Shown here: positions 47,304 through 57,133 of the stretch, in pieces
Position numbering within the stretch: position 1 is the first letter of the stretch
Layout: each line of letters opens with the position of its first letter
Assembly (NCBI GenBank): GCA_965203905.1
Contig: CBDBDQ010000005.1
Coordinates: 3,904,001-3,968,000 of the forward strand
Source of the DNA: Spirochaetia bacterium
GTDB taxonomy: Bacteria > Spirochaetota > Spirochaetia > SZUA-6 > Bin103
Length of the DNA: 64,000 bases
Reading direction: 5' to 3'
The notes under the pieces: model-generated
Told to the model about the DNA's origin: nothing
The model's input: the letters and a program-made list of their open reading frames with translations, nothing else
The model's database searches: none
Made by a program: the position numbers and the translations under genes

Positions 47304-48504
47304 CCTCGTCTCCTTGCGTCGGTGTCTCACCGGAGGCGTCCACCAGGAACGCCTGCACCGCGTCTTCGTCCAGATCGATGCCCAGCCCCGGGCGCTCCGG
47401 CACGCGGACCCGGCCGCCGGCGTCGGCTTCTATCGGGTCGACCAGTATCCGGTCGCGCAGTGGGTTGGGATTCTGGTCGAGCTCCAGCAGCCCGCCGTTC
47501 GGCCAGGCGCAGAGAGCGTGCAGCGACGCTGCGAGCAACACTCCGCTGCTGAAACTGTGCAGCATCACCGTCTTGCGCCGCATTTCCGCGTGGCCGGCGA
47601 TCTTGCGGCACTCGGTGACGCCCCCGGTCCACGACAGGTCCGGCTGTACCACGTCCACGCAGTCCCGCTCGATGAGCCCATGGAAGCGGCTGGCGAGCTG
47701 CTCGGTCTCGTAGCCGGCGACCGGCACGTCGAGTGCGGCCGCGAGTCGCCGGCTGGCATGCCGATCGTCCGGGGACACGGGCTCCTCGAACAGTGCTACA
47801 CCGAGGCGGTCCAGCTCGCGCCCCACGCGCAGCGCGGTGGTGTGATCCCACGCCGCGTTGGCGTCCACGAACAGCTGCACGTCCGCGCCGAGGGCGTTCT
47901 TCACCGCCTCCACCCGTTCCAGATCCGTCTCGACGCTGACGCTCAGGTCCGGGTCGGGCATCAGCGGCAGAGGGTTCAAGGGTGAGTGGTTGCGGCCGAT
48001 TTTCATCTTTGCCGCCCGGAAACCCTGGTCGGCGTACCCCGTAATTTCGGCAACGATCGCTGCGGTGTCCTTCCCCCGCCGGTAGAACCCTCCGCTGGCA
48101 TACGCCGGAACCGAACGGCGGAATCCGCCCAGGAGCTTGTACAGCGGCGTGCGGGTCGCCTGGCCGATGATGTCCCAGAGCGCTATATCGATCCCGCTCA
48201 GCGCGCAGATTACGACGCCGCCGCGCCCGTGCTGAAACGACTGGTGATAGAGCTTGCGCCAGATGCGCTCGACGCGAAACGGATCCTCACCGAGGAGCCG
48301 TGGGGCCAGCTCCTGGTCGATCAAGTGAGCGGTGGTCGACAGCGGTCCGCCGAACGAAGCGGCCTCCCCGACCCCCGCGATTCCGGCGTCGGTTTGGATG
48401 CGGACCAGGAGCGCCTGTCTGGCGGCAGCCTTGAAACTCGCATCATAGATCGGCTCGTCGTACGGGTACCGCAGCGGAAGGCACTCTACTCTGGTGATCT
48501 TCAC
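47296..48504 (-). CDS. Mandelate racemase/muconate lactonizing enzyme family (acid-sugar dehydratase-like)
   Basis: SGIDIALWDI, KMK, VDAN, FEEP, GYE, VQPD, H. Confidence 0.92.
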   Translation of the reverse strand: MKITRVECLPLRYPYDEPIYDASFKAAARQALLVRIQTDAGIAGVGEAASFGGPLSTTAHLIDQELAPRLLGEDPFRVERIWRKLYHQSFQHGRGGVVICALSGIDIALWDIIGQATRTPLYKLLGGFRRSVPAYASGGFYRRGKDTAAIVAEITGYADQGFRAAKMKIGRNHSPLNPLPLMPDPDLSVSVETDLERVEAVKNALGADVQLFVDANAAWDHTTALRVGRELDRLGVALFEEPVSPDDRHASRRLAAALDVPVAGYETEQLASRFHGLIERDCVDVVQPDLSWTGGVTECRKIAGHAEMRRKTVMLHSFSSGVLLAASLHALCAWPNGGLLELDQNPNPLRDRILVDPIEADAGGRVRVPERPGLGIDLDEDAVQAFLVDASGETPTQGDEDA

Positions 48505-48541
48505 GGCGTTTCCCGCCGGTCCGGTCGGTCTCCAGGCGGCG

Positions 48542-49543
48542 TCATTCGAAGTCGGCCGGATTGAAATAGACCCCCAGCCTGACGAAGACGCCGTTCCTGA
48601 CCGTAAACACGCTGCATCCCCGCACCTCGCGTGGTGCTCGCTCCGAACCGGATCCGGCGCGCCACTCGACCGCGAGTTGATCGCCCTGTTCCACGGAGTT
48701 CTCGACGCTCACCGAAACCGAGTCGAACGACTCTACCATCTGCTCATGGTAGCGCCGTATCTCGGCAAGTCCCGTGACGGTCATCGTCGGCGTTACGATC
48801 GTGGCGCTCTCTGCAAAGTGCGAAAGAATGGCGTCCGGATCACGTGCGGCCGCCGCGCGCCAATAGCTGGTGGCTAATTCGAGGTGCGTACGCGTCGCAG
48901 CCGGCGGTTCCTCGATCAAGTAGGCACGTGTCGGCGAACCATCGGCGCCCTCCAGACGCAGAGGGGCCGCGGAGAACCAATAGTGCCCGGGCCGGATTCC
49001 GTTCAGATCCACCCCTTCGACGATCGTCACTCCCTGGCCGAGCAGGATCTTGTGCGTCGGTGCACCGGGCGCGTCGTAGCCTTCCACGGCCAGGTGGTCG
49101 AAGGCGACGGTCTTGATCCCGCGGCGCACGATCTCTTCCGCCCCGTCCGGGGCGATGTATACATACCGGTCGCTGAAGCGCTCCCAGGTCTCGAGCGCCG
49201 TAGAGTTGCGCGTCTTCAGCACCAGGATCGAGAAGGCACGCGCCGCGGCAACCGCTCGAGCCACGTCCTGGGCGCCGATCGCCGACTCCACTCCGGTGAG
49301 GTCCGCCACGTAGGCGGCGCCGACGAAGCGGGACAGCGGGACCTGCTCGATCGTCTCGCCGTCGGCAAAATGATGGAAGGCAGCGTCGGCGTGGCTGCCG
49401 ACGTGCGTGCAGCAGGAAAGATTGGTGACGTTGACCGGGTCGCCCTTGGCGATGCGCTCGTGCTCCGTCAGGCGGGTCGGCACGAGCCCCGGCCAGATGA
49501 CCATGCGGTCATGAACCGTAACGGAGATATCGTGGATTCTCAT
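48542..49543 (-). CDS. Cyclase/kynurenine formamidase-like protein fused to a SnoaL/NTF2-like domain
   Basis: HVGSHAD, HKILL, IVE, PLRLEGADGSPTRA, then about 110 aa of NTF2-like tail. Confidence 0.8.
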   Translation of the reverse strand: MRIHDISVTVHDRMVIWPGLVPTRLTEHERIAKGDPVNVTNLSCCTHVGSHADAAFHHFADGETIEQVPLSRFVGAAYVADLTGVESAIGAQDVARAVAAARAFSILVLKTRNSTALETWERFSDRYVYIAPDGAEEIVRRGIKTVAFDHLAVEGYDAPGAPTHKILLGQGVTIVEGVDLNGIRPGHYWFSAAPLRLEGADGSPTRAYLIEEPPAATRTHLELATSYWRAAAARDPDAILSHFAESATIVTPTMTVTGLAEIRRYHEQMVESFDSVSVSVENSVEQGDQLAVEWRAGSGSERAPREVRGCSVFTVRNGVFVRLGVYFNPADFE

Positions 49544-49550
49544 GACTGCC

Positions 49551-50309
49551 CTACACGGAAGTGAATCCGCCGTCGGCCATGAGGTTGGCCCCGGTTATGA
49601 AGCTGGCGTCGTCGCTGCACAGGAACGAGATCGCCTTCGCGACTTCCGCCGGCTCGGCGAGACGGCCAAGCAGGTGCAGGTTGCCGACGCTCTCCTTGAT
49701 CCTGCTGTCGTCCCATCCCCACTGGTGGTAGAGAAGATCGTGGACGTTTTCGGTCATGACCCACCCCGGCGATACCGTGTTCACGCGTATGTTGTCGTCC
49801 TTGAGGTCGAGAGCAAGGCAGCGCGACATGTGGATCATGGCGGCCTTGGTGACGGCATAGGTGAGTTGCATCGGCTGGGCGATCACGCCGCTGATGGAGC
49901 CCAGATTGACGATCGCCCCGCCCCCGGCTCGCTTCATCGCCGCAACCGCGTAGCGAGACATCAAGGCCTGTCCGGTGACGTTCACCCGGAGCATGAGGTC
50001 CCACTCGTCGGGGGTCGCTTCGAGGGACTTCAGAACCGACGCCCGGGCGTTGTTGACCAGCAGATCGACCTGACCGAATGCCTCCTCGGCGACGGCCACG
50101 GTACGCTCGCAGTCGACTTCCCTGGTAATGTCCGCATCGACGGCGCGCACGCGGTCCCGCGGAAGGCTCTGCATGGCCTGCTCAGCGGCCTCGGAATTCA
50201 CGTCGCAGAACACCACGTTGGCGCCCTCCGCCAGGAAGTCCTTGACGACGGCGAGCCCGATTCCAACCGCGCCGCCGGTGACGATGCCCACCTTCCGCTG
50301 CAAACGCAT
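49551..50309 (-). CDS. Short-chain dehydrogenase/reductase
   Basis: TGGAVGIG, VNNA, YAVTK, IRVNTVSPG, DGG. Confidence 0.93.
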   Translation of the reverse strand: MRLQRKVGIVTGGAVGIGLAVVKDFLAEGANVVFCDVNSEAAEQAMQSLPRDRVRAVDADITREVDCERTVAVAEEAFGQVDLLVNNARASVLKSLEATPDEWDLMLRVNVTGQALMSRYAVAAMKRAGGGAIVNLGSISGVIAQPMQLTYAVTKAAMIHMSRCLALDLKDDNIRVNTVSPGWVMTENVHDLLYHQWGWDDSRIKESVGNLHLLGRLAEPAEVAKAISFLCSDDASFITGANLMADGGFTSV

Positions 50310-50332
50310 GATCTCTCGCCCGATCCGCATGC

Positions 50333-50361
50333 ACGTTAGACAACCCACGTCCCGGTGTCAA
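50333..50361 (-). promoter_or_regulatory. sigma70 promoter TTGACA-N17-TAACGT for the SDR operon
   Basis: Minus strand -35 at 50361-50356, -10 at 50338-50333. Confidence 0.55.
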
Positions 50362-50444
50362 CGAATCAACGAATCCGCACGCCACGCCGTCGCGCCTTGT
50401 TGCGGCCGACTCCTCCGCACCGATAGAATCGACCGTCGAGATTG

Positions 50445-52019
50445 ATGACCGATCGCACCAACGCGGCCGCTGACGAGCGGCCCAACATCCTGGTCGTCGT
50501 GCCGGAGCAGTGGCGCGGCGACCTCACCGGCTACGCGGGCCATCCGGTGATCCGAACGCCGAACCTGGACGGGGTGGCAGAGGACGGCGGCGTGGCGTTC
50601 ACCCGTGCGTTCACCACCAATCCGATCTGTGGCCCGTCGCGTTGCGGGATGCTCAGCGGCTGGTACCCGCATACTCGCGGCCACCGCACTCAGCGCTACC
50701 TCCTCGGACCCGGTGAGCCGAACCTGATGCGGGATCTCAAGCAGGCCGGCTACCGGACCGCCATGATCGGCAAGAACGACGTGTTGCACCATTCGGTCGT
50801 CGCCGAGTCACTCGACCTCGCCGGCGTGCCGGCGCGAGGAGGCCGGCCGCCGGAACGCCGGATGAACCCCTTCGCTCCCGGGGATCCGCGCTACTACACG
50901 TTCCTCTGGGGGGCGGAGCCGTTCCCCGCCGAAGAGCACCCCGACTCCCACGCCAACCGCTCGGCGTTGGCCTTCATGGATGCGGTTGCCGGGGACGCGC
51001 CATTCTGCTGCTGGCTCAACTATGAACTCGCCCATCCGCCGTATCGGGTGGAGGAGCCGTGGTGGTCGATGTACGAGCCTGCCCAGGTTGGCAACCTCGC
51101 GCCGCCGCCGCCGCCGCCGTCAGCCGGAAGCGGTACCGGCCGCAAGCCCGTCTATGTCGATCTGCTGCACCGGGCGCACCGGCTTCATGAACTCCCGGAG
51201 CAGACGCTGGTCGAGATCCGCGCCCGGTACATGGCAATGATCTCCCGGGTCGACGCCCTCATAGGTGAGTTGCTCGCCGGCCTCGAGGATCGCGGACTGC
51301 GCCAGTCGACCGCACTCTTCATCGTGGCGGATCACGGCAACTACGGCGGCGACTACGGGCTGCCGGCCAAGTGGTGGACGGGAATGGAGGACGCCCTGCT
51401 GCGTGTCCCGCTGGTCGCGCGTATCCCGGATCAGGCGCGCACCGGCGTGTGCCATGAACTGGTGCAGCACCTGGACCTGAACCAGACCATCCGCGATCTC
51501 GCCGGGGTGCCGCCGCGGCACGCCACCAGCTCGCGATCGCTCGTCCCCCTGCTACGCGGCGCAGCTTCGGCGCATCGGGACCACGTCATTGCGTGCAGCG
51601 GCCACTGGTTCGGCCAGGAAGCGCCGCTGGACCTGGACCGTTCGCATTTCGTGACGCTGGATGACCCGGCCGACCTCTATTTCCCGTGGAAACAGGTGAT
51701 CGCGGAGCAACCCGCTGCGAGCTGCCGTACCTTCGCCATCCGGGACGCACGCTGGAAATACGTCTGGCGCAGCCACGACGTGGACGAATTGTACGACCTG
51801 CAGGCCGATCCACGCGAGGAACGCAACCTGCTGGGAGGACGCGGAGATGGCGCGCCTGGCGGCCCCGCGGGGCAGGCATGGGAACGCTTGCGGACCCGGG
51901 TGATGCATGAGGTGTTTCTCTCCGTCGATGCGGTCCCTCCGATCTATCCCGATGAACCGGGCAGCGTGCACTTCATCCCGGCGGACCGCCTCGGCGTATG
52001 GAAGCCCCAGCGCCCTTGA
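50445..52019 (+). CDS. Sulfatase (Cys-type)
   Basis: RPNILVV, CGPSRCGMLSG, GKND, ADHG, ELYDL. Confidence 0.9.
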   Translation: MTDRTNAAADERPNILVVVPEQWRGDLTGYAGHPVIRTPNLDGVAEDGGVAFTRAFTTNPICGPSRCGMLSGWYPHTRGHRTQRYLLGPGEPNLMRDLKQAGYRTAMIGKNDVLHHSVVAESLDLAGVPARGGRPPERRMNPFAPGDPRYYTFLWGAEPFPAEEHPDSHANRSALAFMDAVAGDAPFCCWLNYELAHPPYRVEEPWWSMYEPAQVGNLAPPPPPPSAGSGTGRKPVYVDLLHRAHRLHELPEQTLVEIRARYMAMISRVDALIGELLAGLEDRGLRQSTALFIVADHGNYGGDYGLPAKWWTGMEDALLRVPLVARIPDQARTGVCHELVQHLDLNQTIRDLAGVPPRHATSSRSLVPLLRGAASAHRDHVIACSGHWFGQEAPLDLDRSHFVTLDDPADLYFPWKQVIAEQPAASCRTFAIRDARWKYVWRSHDVDELYDLQADPREERNLLGGRGDGAPGGPAGQAWERLRTRVMHEVFLSVDAVPPIYPDEPGSVHFIPADRLGVWKPQRP

Positions 52020-52108
52020 TCGAGCTGCGGGTGCGGCGTATCGTGGGCGATCGGACTGCGGGAGCGTAGCCCGCAGGCAGTCCCGCGCACCGCTTACAGG
52101 GGGTAAAG

Positions 52109-53824
52109 ATGGCGCTGATCAGTCGGGCCACTGCGGGTGGGCGGAGCGTGACCACCGTCGCTCACGCCGTCGCCGAGTGGCGCTTCCAGTCGACCGCGTC
52201 GTACGCGGATCCGTTCGCCGCGGTGGAGGCGGACGCCATCTTCACTGCCACCACCGGCGGCGCGACCTGGAAGGTACCGCTGTTTTGGGCCGGCGGTGCC
52301 GACTGGGGGCTGCGCTTCGCGGCCGCATGGCCCGGCATCTACCGTTTCCGTACCGTGTGCAGCAACGCCGATGACGCTGGCCTGCACGGTCGTGAGGGGG
52401 AGCTGGTGGTGAACGGCGTCGACGGCTCCAACGCGCTGCTGCGCCATGGGGCGGTGCACGTGGCGGACGGTGGCGGCCACTTCGCCCACGCCGACGGAAC
52501 GCCCTTTCTGTGGCTCGGTGATTCCTGGTGGCACGCCATGACCAAGCGCCTGAGCTGGCCCGATGGCTTCCAGGAGCTGGTGCGCGACCGCCGCGAGAAG
52601 GGCTACAACGCCCTGCAATTCACCATCGGGTTCGCCTGCGACATGCCGCCCTACGACCCGCGTGACGCCAACGAGGCGGGACACGCGTGGCTGCCGGACT
52701 ACGCGTCGATCAACCCCTACTACTTCGACCACACCGATCTGCGGATCGCGCACCTGGTGGAGAACGGCATCGTCCCCTGCCTCATGGGTCTGTGGGGCTA
52801 CGTCATCTACTTCATGCGGGTGGAGAAGGCGAAGCTCCACTACCGCTATCTGGTCGCGCGCTACGGCGCGTTTCCGGTGGTGTGGAACCTGGCCGGTGAG
52901 ATCCGCCTGGTCTGGTACCACCGCTACCCGGAGACCGAGCACGAGCACGCCCGGCGCCAGGTCGCGATGTGGACGGAGGTGGCCGCGTATCTCAAGCGGA
53001 TCGATCCGTTTCGGCGCATGCTGACGGTACACCCGGCGGTCAACCGGCCCGTGCTCGAGGGTGTGGACCCGCTCGCTGACATGGACCTGCTCGACTGCTT
53101 CCTCATCCAGGGCGGGCACAACGAGTACCGGGCGATGGCGCAATCCCTGGACCAGCTCCGGTACTACCGGAACATCGATCCGGCGCGGCCGGCCGTCATC
53201 AGCGAAGCGGGCTGGGAGGGGATGTTCGCCGGCACCGGTCCGAAGGTGCAGCGCCAGCTGTTCTGGGGGGCGGTGCTCTCCGGCATGCCGGGGCATTGCT
53301 ACGGTGCCGACTCCCTGTGGCAGATGAACTCACGCCGGCAGCCGTTCGGACCGTCGGCCTTCGGCCAGACCTGGCAGGATACCCCGTGGGAGGTGGCCTA
53401 CCAATGGGACGGCGCCCGCCACGTGGCCATCGGCAAACGGATTCTCGAGAACTTCCGCTGGTGGGAGCTGGAACCGCACCCCGAGTGGATCGACCACCCC
53501 TGGAGCCCGGAGACGCCCGAGGGGGTGTTCTGCGCGGGGATCCCCGGCGAGCTGCGTATCTGCTACGTCCCAGTGGCGCTGCCGTTCATCAGCGAGTTTC
53601 ACCTGCTGGGCCTGGAGCGCGACTGCCAGTGGTGGGCCTCGTTGTACGACCCCACCAGTGGCCGGCGGTTCAACCGGGGGCCGATCGAGGTGGGCGCCGA
53701 GGGACGCTGGCGGATCGTCGGCTCGCCGATGTCACAGGACTGGGTGGTGGTGCTGGAGCGGATGGACACCACCGAGACGCTGGAGCCTCTGGACGGCTCC
53801 AACGCCGGATCGGGTGCGTCGTGA
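52109..53824 (+). CDS. DUF5060-DUF4038 apiosidase-like glycoside hydrolase
   Basis: YADPFAAVE, DGTPFLWLGDSWW, WNLAGE, QGGH, SEAGWEG. Confidence 0.85.
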   Translation: MALISRATAGGRSVTTVAHAVAEWRFQSTASYADPFAAVEADAIFTATTGGATWKVPLFWAGGADWGLRFAAAWPGIYRFRTVCSNADDAGLHGREGELVVNGVDGSNALLRHGAVHVADGGGHFAHADGTPFLWLGDSWWHAMTKRLSWPDGFQELVRDRREKGYNALQFTIGFACDMPPYDPRDANEAGHAWLPDYASINPYYFDHTDLRIAHLVENGIVPCLMGLWGYVIYFMRVEKAKLHYRYLVARYGAFPVVWNLAGEIRLVWYHRYPETEHEHARRQVAMWTEVAAYLKRIDPFRRMLTVHPAVNRPVLEGVDPLADMDLLDCFLIQGGHNEYRAMAQSLDQLRYYRNIDPARPAVISEAGWEGMFAGTGPKVQRQLFWGAVLSGMPGHCYGADSLWQMNSRRQPFGPSAFGQTWQDTPWEVAYQWDGARHVAIGKRILENFRWWELEPHPEWIDHPWSPETPEGVFCAGIPGELRICYVPVALPFISEFHLLGLERDCQWWASLYDPTSGRRFNRGPIEVGAEGRWRIVGSPMSQDWVVVLERMDTTETLEPLDGSNAGSGAS

Positions 53825-55299
53825 ATGTCGTCGTACTGATCTCGGACACGTTCCGGCGCGACTACCTGGGGTTCTCGGGCAACAGGCGAATCTACACCCC
53901 GCAACTCGACCGGCTGGCGGCGCGCAGCGTGTTCTTCGAGCAGGCGTATTGCGCCTCGTTCCCGACGGTCCCGGCGCGAGGCGATCTGCTGACCGGGCGC
54001 TTTACCCTGATCGAGCGCGGCTGGGCGCCCCTTCCCGACGATGTGCCGGTGCTGCCGCAACTCCTCTCCGACGCCGGCTACCGGACGGTGGGCGTGGTGG
54101 ACACTCCGTTTTACCTGCGCCACGGCTACGGCTACGACCGCGGCTTCGACGAGTTCCGCTTCATTCGGGGCCAGGAGCCCGGCGACGCCGACATAGCCTA
54201 CGAGCGGCGCTACGAGGAGCACCACGCCGCCGCCATGACCGCGCACGCCGCCTGCCGCTGGATGGAGCGCCATTACCGGGACGACTTCCTGCTGTGGGTG
54301 GACATGTGGGACCCGCACGAGCCGTGGGATCCGCCGCGCCACTACGTCGAGCGCTATCTGCCGGACTGGGACGGCACCTGCGTCTGGCCGGCGTACTGGT
54401 ACACGTCCGACGTGGAGACCGCGGTGGACGAGGAGTCCCTGGCCTACCGGCAGGCTATGTGGACCGCCTGGGCCGACCGCCGGGCTCAGGTGGCGAGTCC
54501 CGACGACCACGTCAACCGCGAGATCGGGATGCGCTTTCGGCGGGGCACGCCGGACAGTCCCGTGGTCGTGGGGCGTACGCCGGAACTGGTGAGGGTCGCC
54601 GAGGCGTGCTACGCTGGCGAGGTCAGCATGGTTGATCGGGCGGTGGGCGCGGTGATCGAGCGCCTGGAGACCCTGGACCTGATGGATCGGACCATGATCT
54701 TCTTCCTGGCCGATCACGGCTTTCTGTTCGGCGAGCATCACATCTTCGGCAAGGCGCTGCTGGCCCGCGGCACTCACGTACGTGCCCCGCTCTACGAGGA
54801 GATCGCCGGCATCCCGCTGCTGGTCAGCCATCCTGACCTGGAGCCGCGCCGCGAGCGCGCCCTGGTCTCGCTCCCGGACGTGCCGGCCACGATCCTCGAC
54901 GCGCTGGCCATGGCCGTACCGGGCAGCATGCAGGGGCGCTCGTTCTGGCCGCTGCTGTCCGGCAGCGCCGGCGGCCACCGCGACTTCACCGTGTCCACGA
55001 TGGAGCTGCGCAACCCCGGCGAGACCTCCCGCATCGTGGACGACGCCGAGAGGTTGGTGACGGAGTTCACGCCGGCGACGCTCACCACCGACGAATGGTC
55101 GCTGCTGCTGGCCCCGGCGAGCAACGCGCACGAGCTGTACCACCGCGGCCGCGACCCCCGCCAGCAGCGCAACGTCGCGGCGGAACACCCCGAAGTGATC
55201 CGCCGGCTGCACGCCGACTACGTCGCGTTCCTGGAACAGCTCGGCACCGAAGAGCGGTTGCTCGGCCCGCGTCGGGAGCTGCTCCTGCCCGAGTCGTAG
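53821..55299 (+). CDS. Sulfatase-like alkaline-phosphatase-superfamily enzyme with T-x-P-x-R motif
   Basis: NVVVLISDTFRRD, SFPTVPARGDLLTG, WDPHEPW, ADHG. Confidence 0.85.
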   Translation: MNVVVLISDTFRRDYLGFSGNRRIYTPQLDRLAARSVFFEQAYCASFPTVPARGDLLTGRFTLIERGWAPLPDDVPVLPQLLSDAGYRTVGVVDTPFYLRHGYGYDRGFDEFRFIRGQEPGDADIAYERRYEEHHAAAMTAHAACRWMERHYRDDFLLWVDMWDPHEPWDPPRHYVERYLPDWDGTCVWPAYWYTSDVETAVDEESLAYRQAMWTAWADRRAQVASPDDHVNREIGMRFRRGTPDSPVVVGRTPELVRVAEACYAGEVSMVDRAVGAVIERLETLDLMDRTMIFFLADHGFLFGEHHIFGKALLARGTHVRAPLYEEIAGIPLLVSHPDLEPRRERALVSLPDVPATILDALAMAVPGSMQGRSFWPLLSGSAGGHRDFTVSTMELRNPGETSRIVDDAERLVTEFTPATLTTDEWSLLLAPASNAHELYHRGRDPRQQRNVAAEHPEVIRRLHADYVAFLEQLGTEERLLGPRRELLLPES

Positions 55300-57062
55300 G
55301 GGAGTCGCCGGAGACAGATAAGCGTGTGGGCATCCACCTCCAGCCGCGTCGCCGCGCCCGCCGGTTCCAGGCTGTAACGCGCCATCGCCGGCAGGGTGAG
55401 CACCGGCTCCGGCGCGGCGGTGCCGTGCACCTCCAGCTCCACCGTCACCGCAAACCCGTTGAAGTTGTGCAGCACCAGGTAGCGGTCGCCGAACAGGTGC
55501 ATGCTTACCCGGGTCGGACCCCGCAACGAGCAGCCGAACGGCGCCAGCAGCGCGGCGCGCAGGTAGTCCAGCGGCAGCGGGCCACACCGTGGCGCGGATT
55601 CGTCGTCGGCGAACGCGGGGTCCAGGTCGGTACGGCGCAACTGGATGCCCAGCACACGCGCGGCCATCCGCACGTCTCCCAGGTATTTCATCGAGAGGCC
55701 CCAGCCGGAGTCGTTGGCCAGCGCCTCCCACGCGGCGCGTGCGCCGCGCACCGGCCGCAGCCGATCCTGCTTGTCGTAGGGGTCGCGCTCACCGGCGAAG
55801 TCGACCACCGCCGGATAGTCGACGCTCGCCTCGATGACGTGCACGTTGGGGCGGTCCAGAAACGCCTTATCCAGGTTGGCGGCGAGACCGTCGGTCACCA
55901 GCATCGGTAGACTCGATCCCCGCAGGAACTCGATCCTGGCCGCGAAGTCGGGGAAGGATCGGGTGTGCAGGGAGAGGAAGAATCCCTCCGCGTCGTCCGG
56001 GAAGTCGTGCGCGGGCCGTAGGGGAATGCCCAGTTGACCGACGTAGTCGAACACGTTGGTGTCGCTGGCGCGTCCGAAGTCCCACGGTTCCGCCCGATTC
56101 GGCCGCGCCGCTACCAGACCGCGTACCGGGTTGGCGCGCACGATGCGCATGAGCTCCCGGATCGTGCCGGCGTCCCTCGCGAGGGTCGGAAACTGGCCGG
56201 CGCCGCCGGGGAACGCCCAGCGGTAGTCCGGACCCAGGCCACCGTAGGGGTGCAGCACCAGCTCGCGCGGCGCGCCAAGCAGGGTCTGGTACGCGCTGTC
56301 GAGGGTGTGGTCCGTGTCCTGCAGCGGCATGATCCACGCTCCGCCGAGCCTGCTCCCCGCCAACTCGTTCATCCAACCCATCAGGAACCAGGCGCGGTAC
56401 GGCCCCTGACTACGCAGCGCGTTCTGCGGTGATTCCTGAAACGGCCCCACTTCCGTCCCCACCCAGATGCCGTCGAACTCCTGCAGCAGGTAGTCCACAT
56501 CCTGACCCTGGCGGGCGAGCATCTCGTACATGGCCGGCAACTTGTAGATCAGCCGCACGCCGGGATTGACTGCGCGCGCCGGCGCCACGGCGTGATGGCG
56601 CACCACTTGGCGTAACTGGTCGCAGCGGAAGCGCGTCCACGAGCGGTCCCCCTTGGCGGCTCGACACGCAGCGCACCGGCAGTGTGACCAGATGTACTCG
56701 TCGATGAGAAGGGTGTCGAACAGGCCGGCGGCGAAGGTGAAGATCCGTTCGAGGGCGCGCCGGGAGCGGTCGTGCGTGAGGCAGGGGAAGTCGGTCAGCA
56801 CCGTGCCGGGCTCGCCGTAGCGGGTGGTGCATACCGCGCCGGCGGTGTCGAAGCCGAACGCCCGGAGGCGGTCCCGAGCTCGGGCCACCAGGTCCGCGGA
56901 TACCTGGAAGCCGTTGCGGAAGGTTTCCAGGTAAATGCGCGCCGCGCCGTGGCGCCGACACACGCCGACCACCTGGGCGACGGCCGCCTCGGTGGACAGG
57001 TAGCGGTCGATCTCGTCCGCCATGAAGTAGGTGGACAGAACAGGTTGAGTTCCGTTCCTCAT
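55218..57062 (-). CDS. Hypothetical protein, possible glycoside-hydrolase-like TIM barrel
   Basis: Long ORF with coding GC3 bias; IDE followed by CRCAAC; GTE. Confidence 0.65.
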   Translation of the reverse strand: MRNGTQPVLSTYFMADEIDRYLSTEAAVAQVVGVCRRHGAARIYLETFRNGFQVSADLVARARDRLRAFGFDTAGAVCTTRYGEPGTVLTDFPCLTHDRSRRALERIFTFAAGLFDTLLIDEYIWSHCRCAACRAAKGDRSWTRFRCDQLRQVVRHHAVAPARAVNPGVRLIYKLPAMYEMLARQGQDVDYLLQEFDGIWVGTEVGPFQESPQNALRSQGPYRAWFLMGWMNELAGSRLGGAWIMPLQDTDHTLDSAYQTLLGAPRELVLHPYGGLGPDYRWAFPGGAGQFPTLARDAGTIRELMRIVRANPVRGLVAARPNRAEPWDFGRASDTNVFDYVGQLGIPLRPAHDFPDDAEGFFLSLHTRSFPDFAARIEFLRGSSLPMLVTDGLAANLDKAFLDRPNVHVIEASVDYPAVVDFAGERDPYDKQDRLRPVRGARAAWEALANDSGWGLSMKYLGDVRMAARVLGIQLRRTDLDPAFADDESAPRCGPLPLDYLRAALLAPFGCSLRGPTRVSMHLFGDRYLVLHNFNGFAVTVELEVHGTAAPEPVLTLPAMARYSLEPAGAATRLEVDAHTLICLRRLPYDSGRSSSRRGPSNRSSVPSCSRNAT

Positions 57063-57133
57063 ACGTTGTTCATCCGGCCTCGGCGACCGGCACAACCGGT
57101 GCGCCCTTGACGGTACGCAAGTACCTGGTGAGG

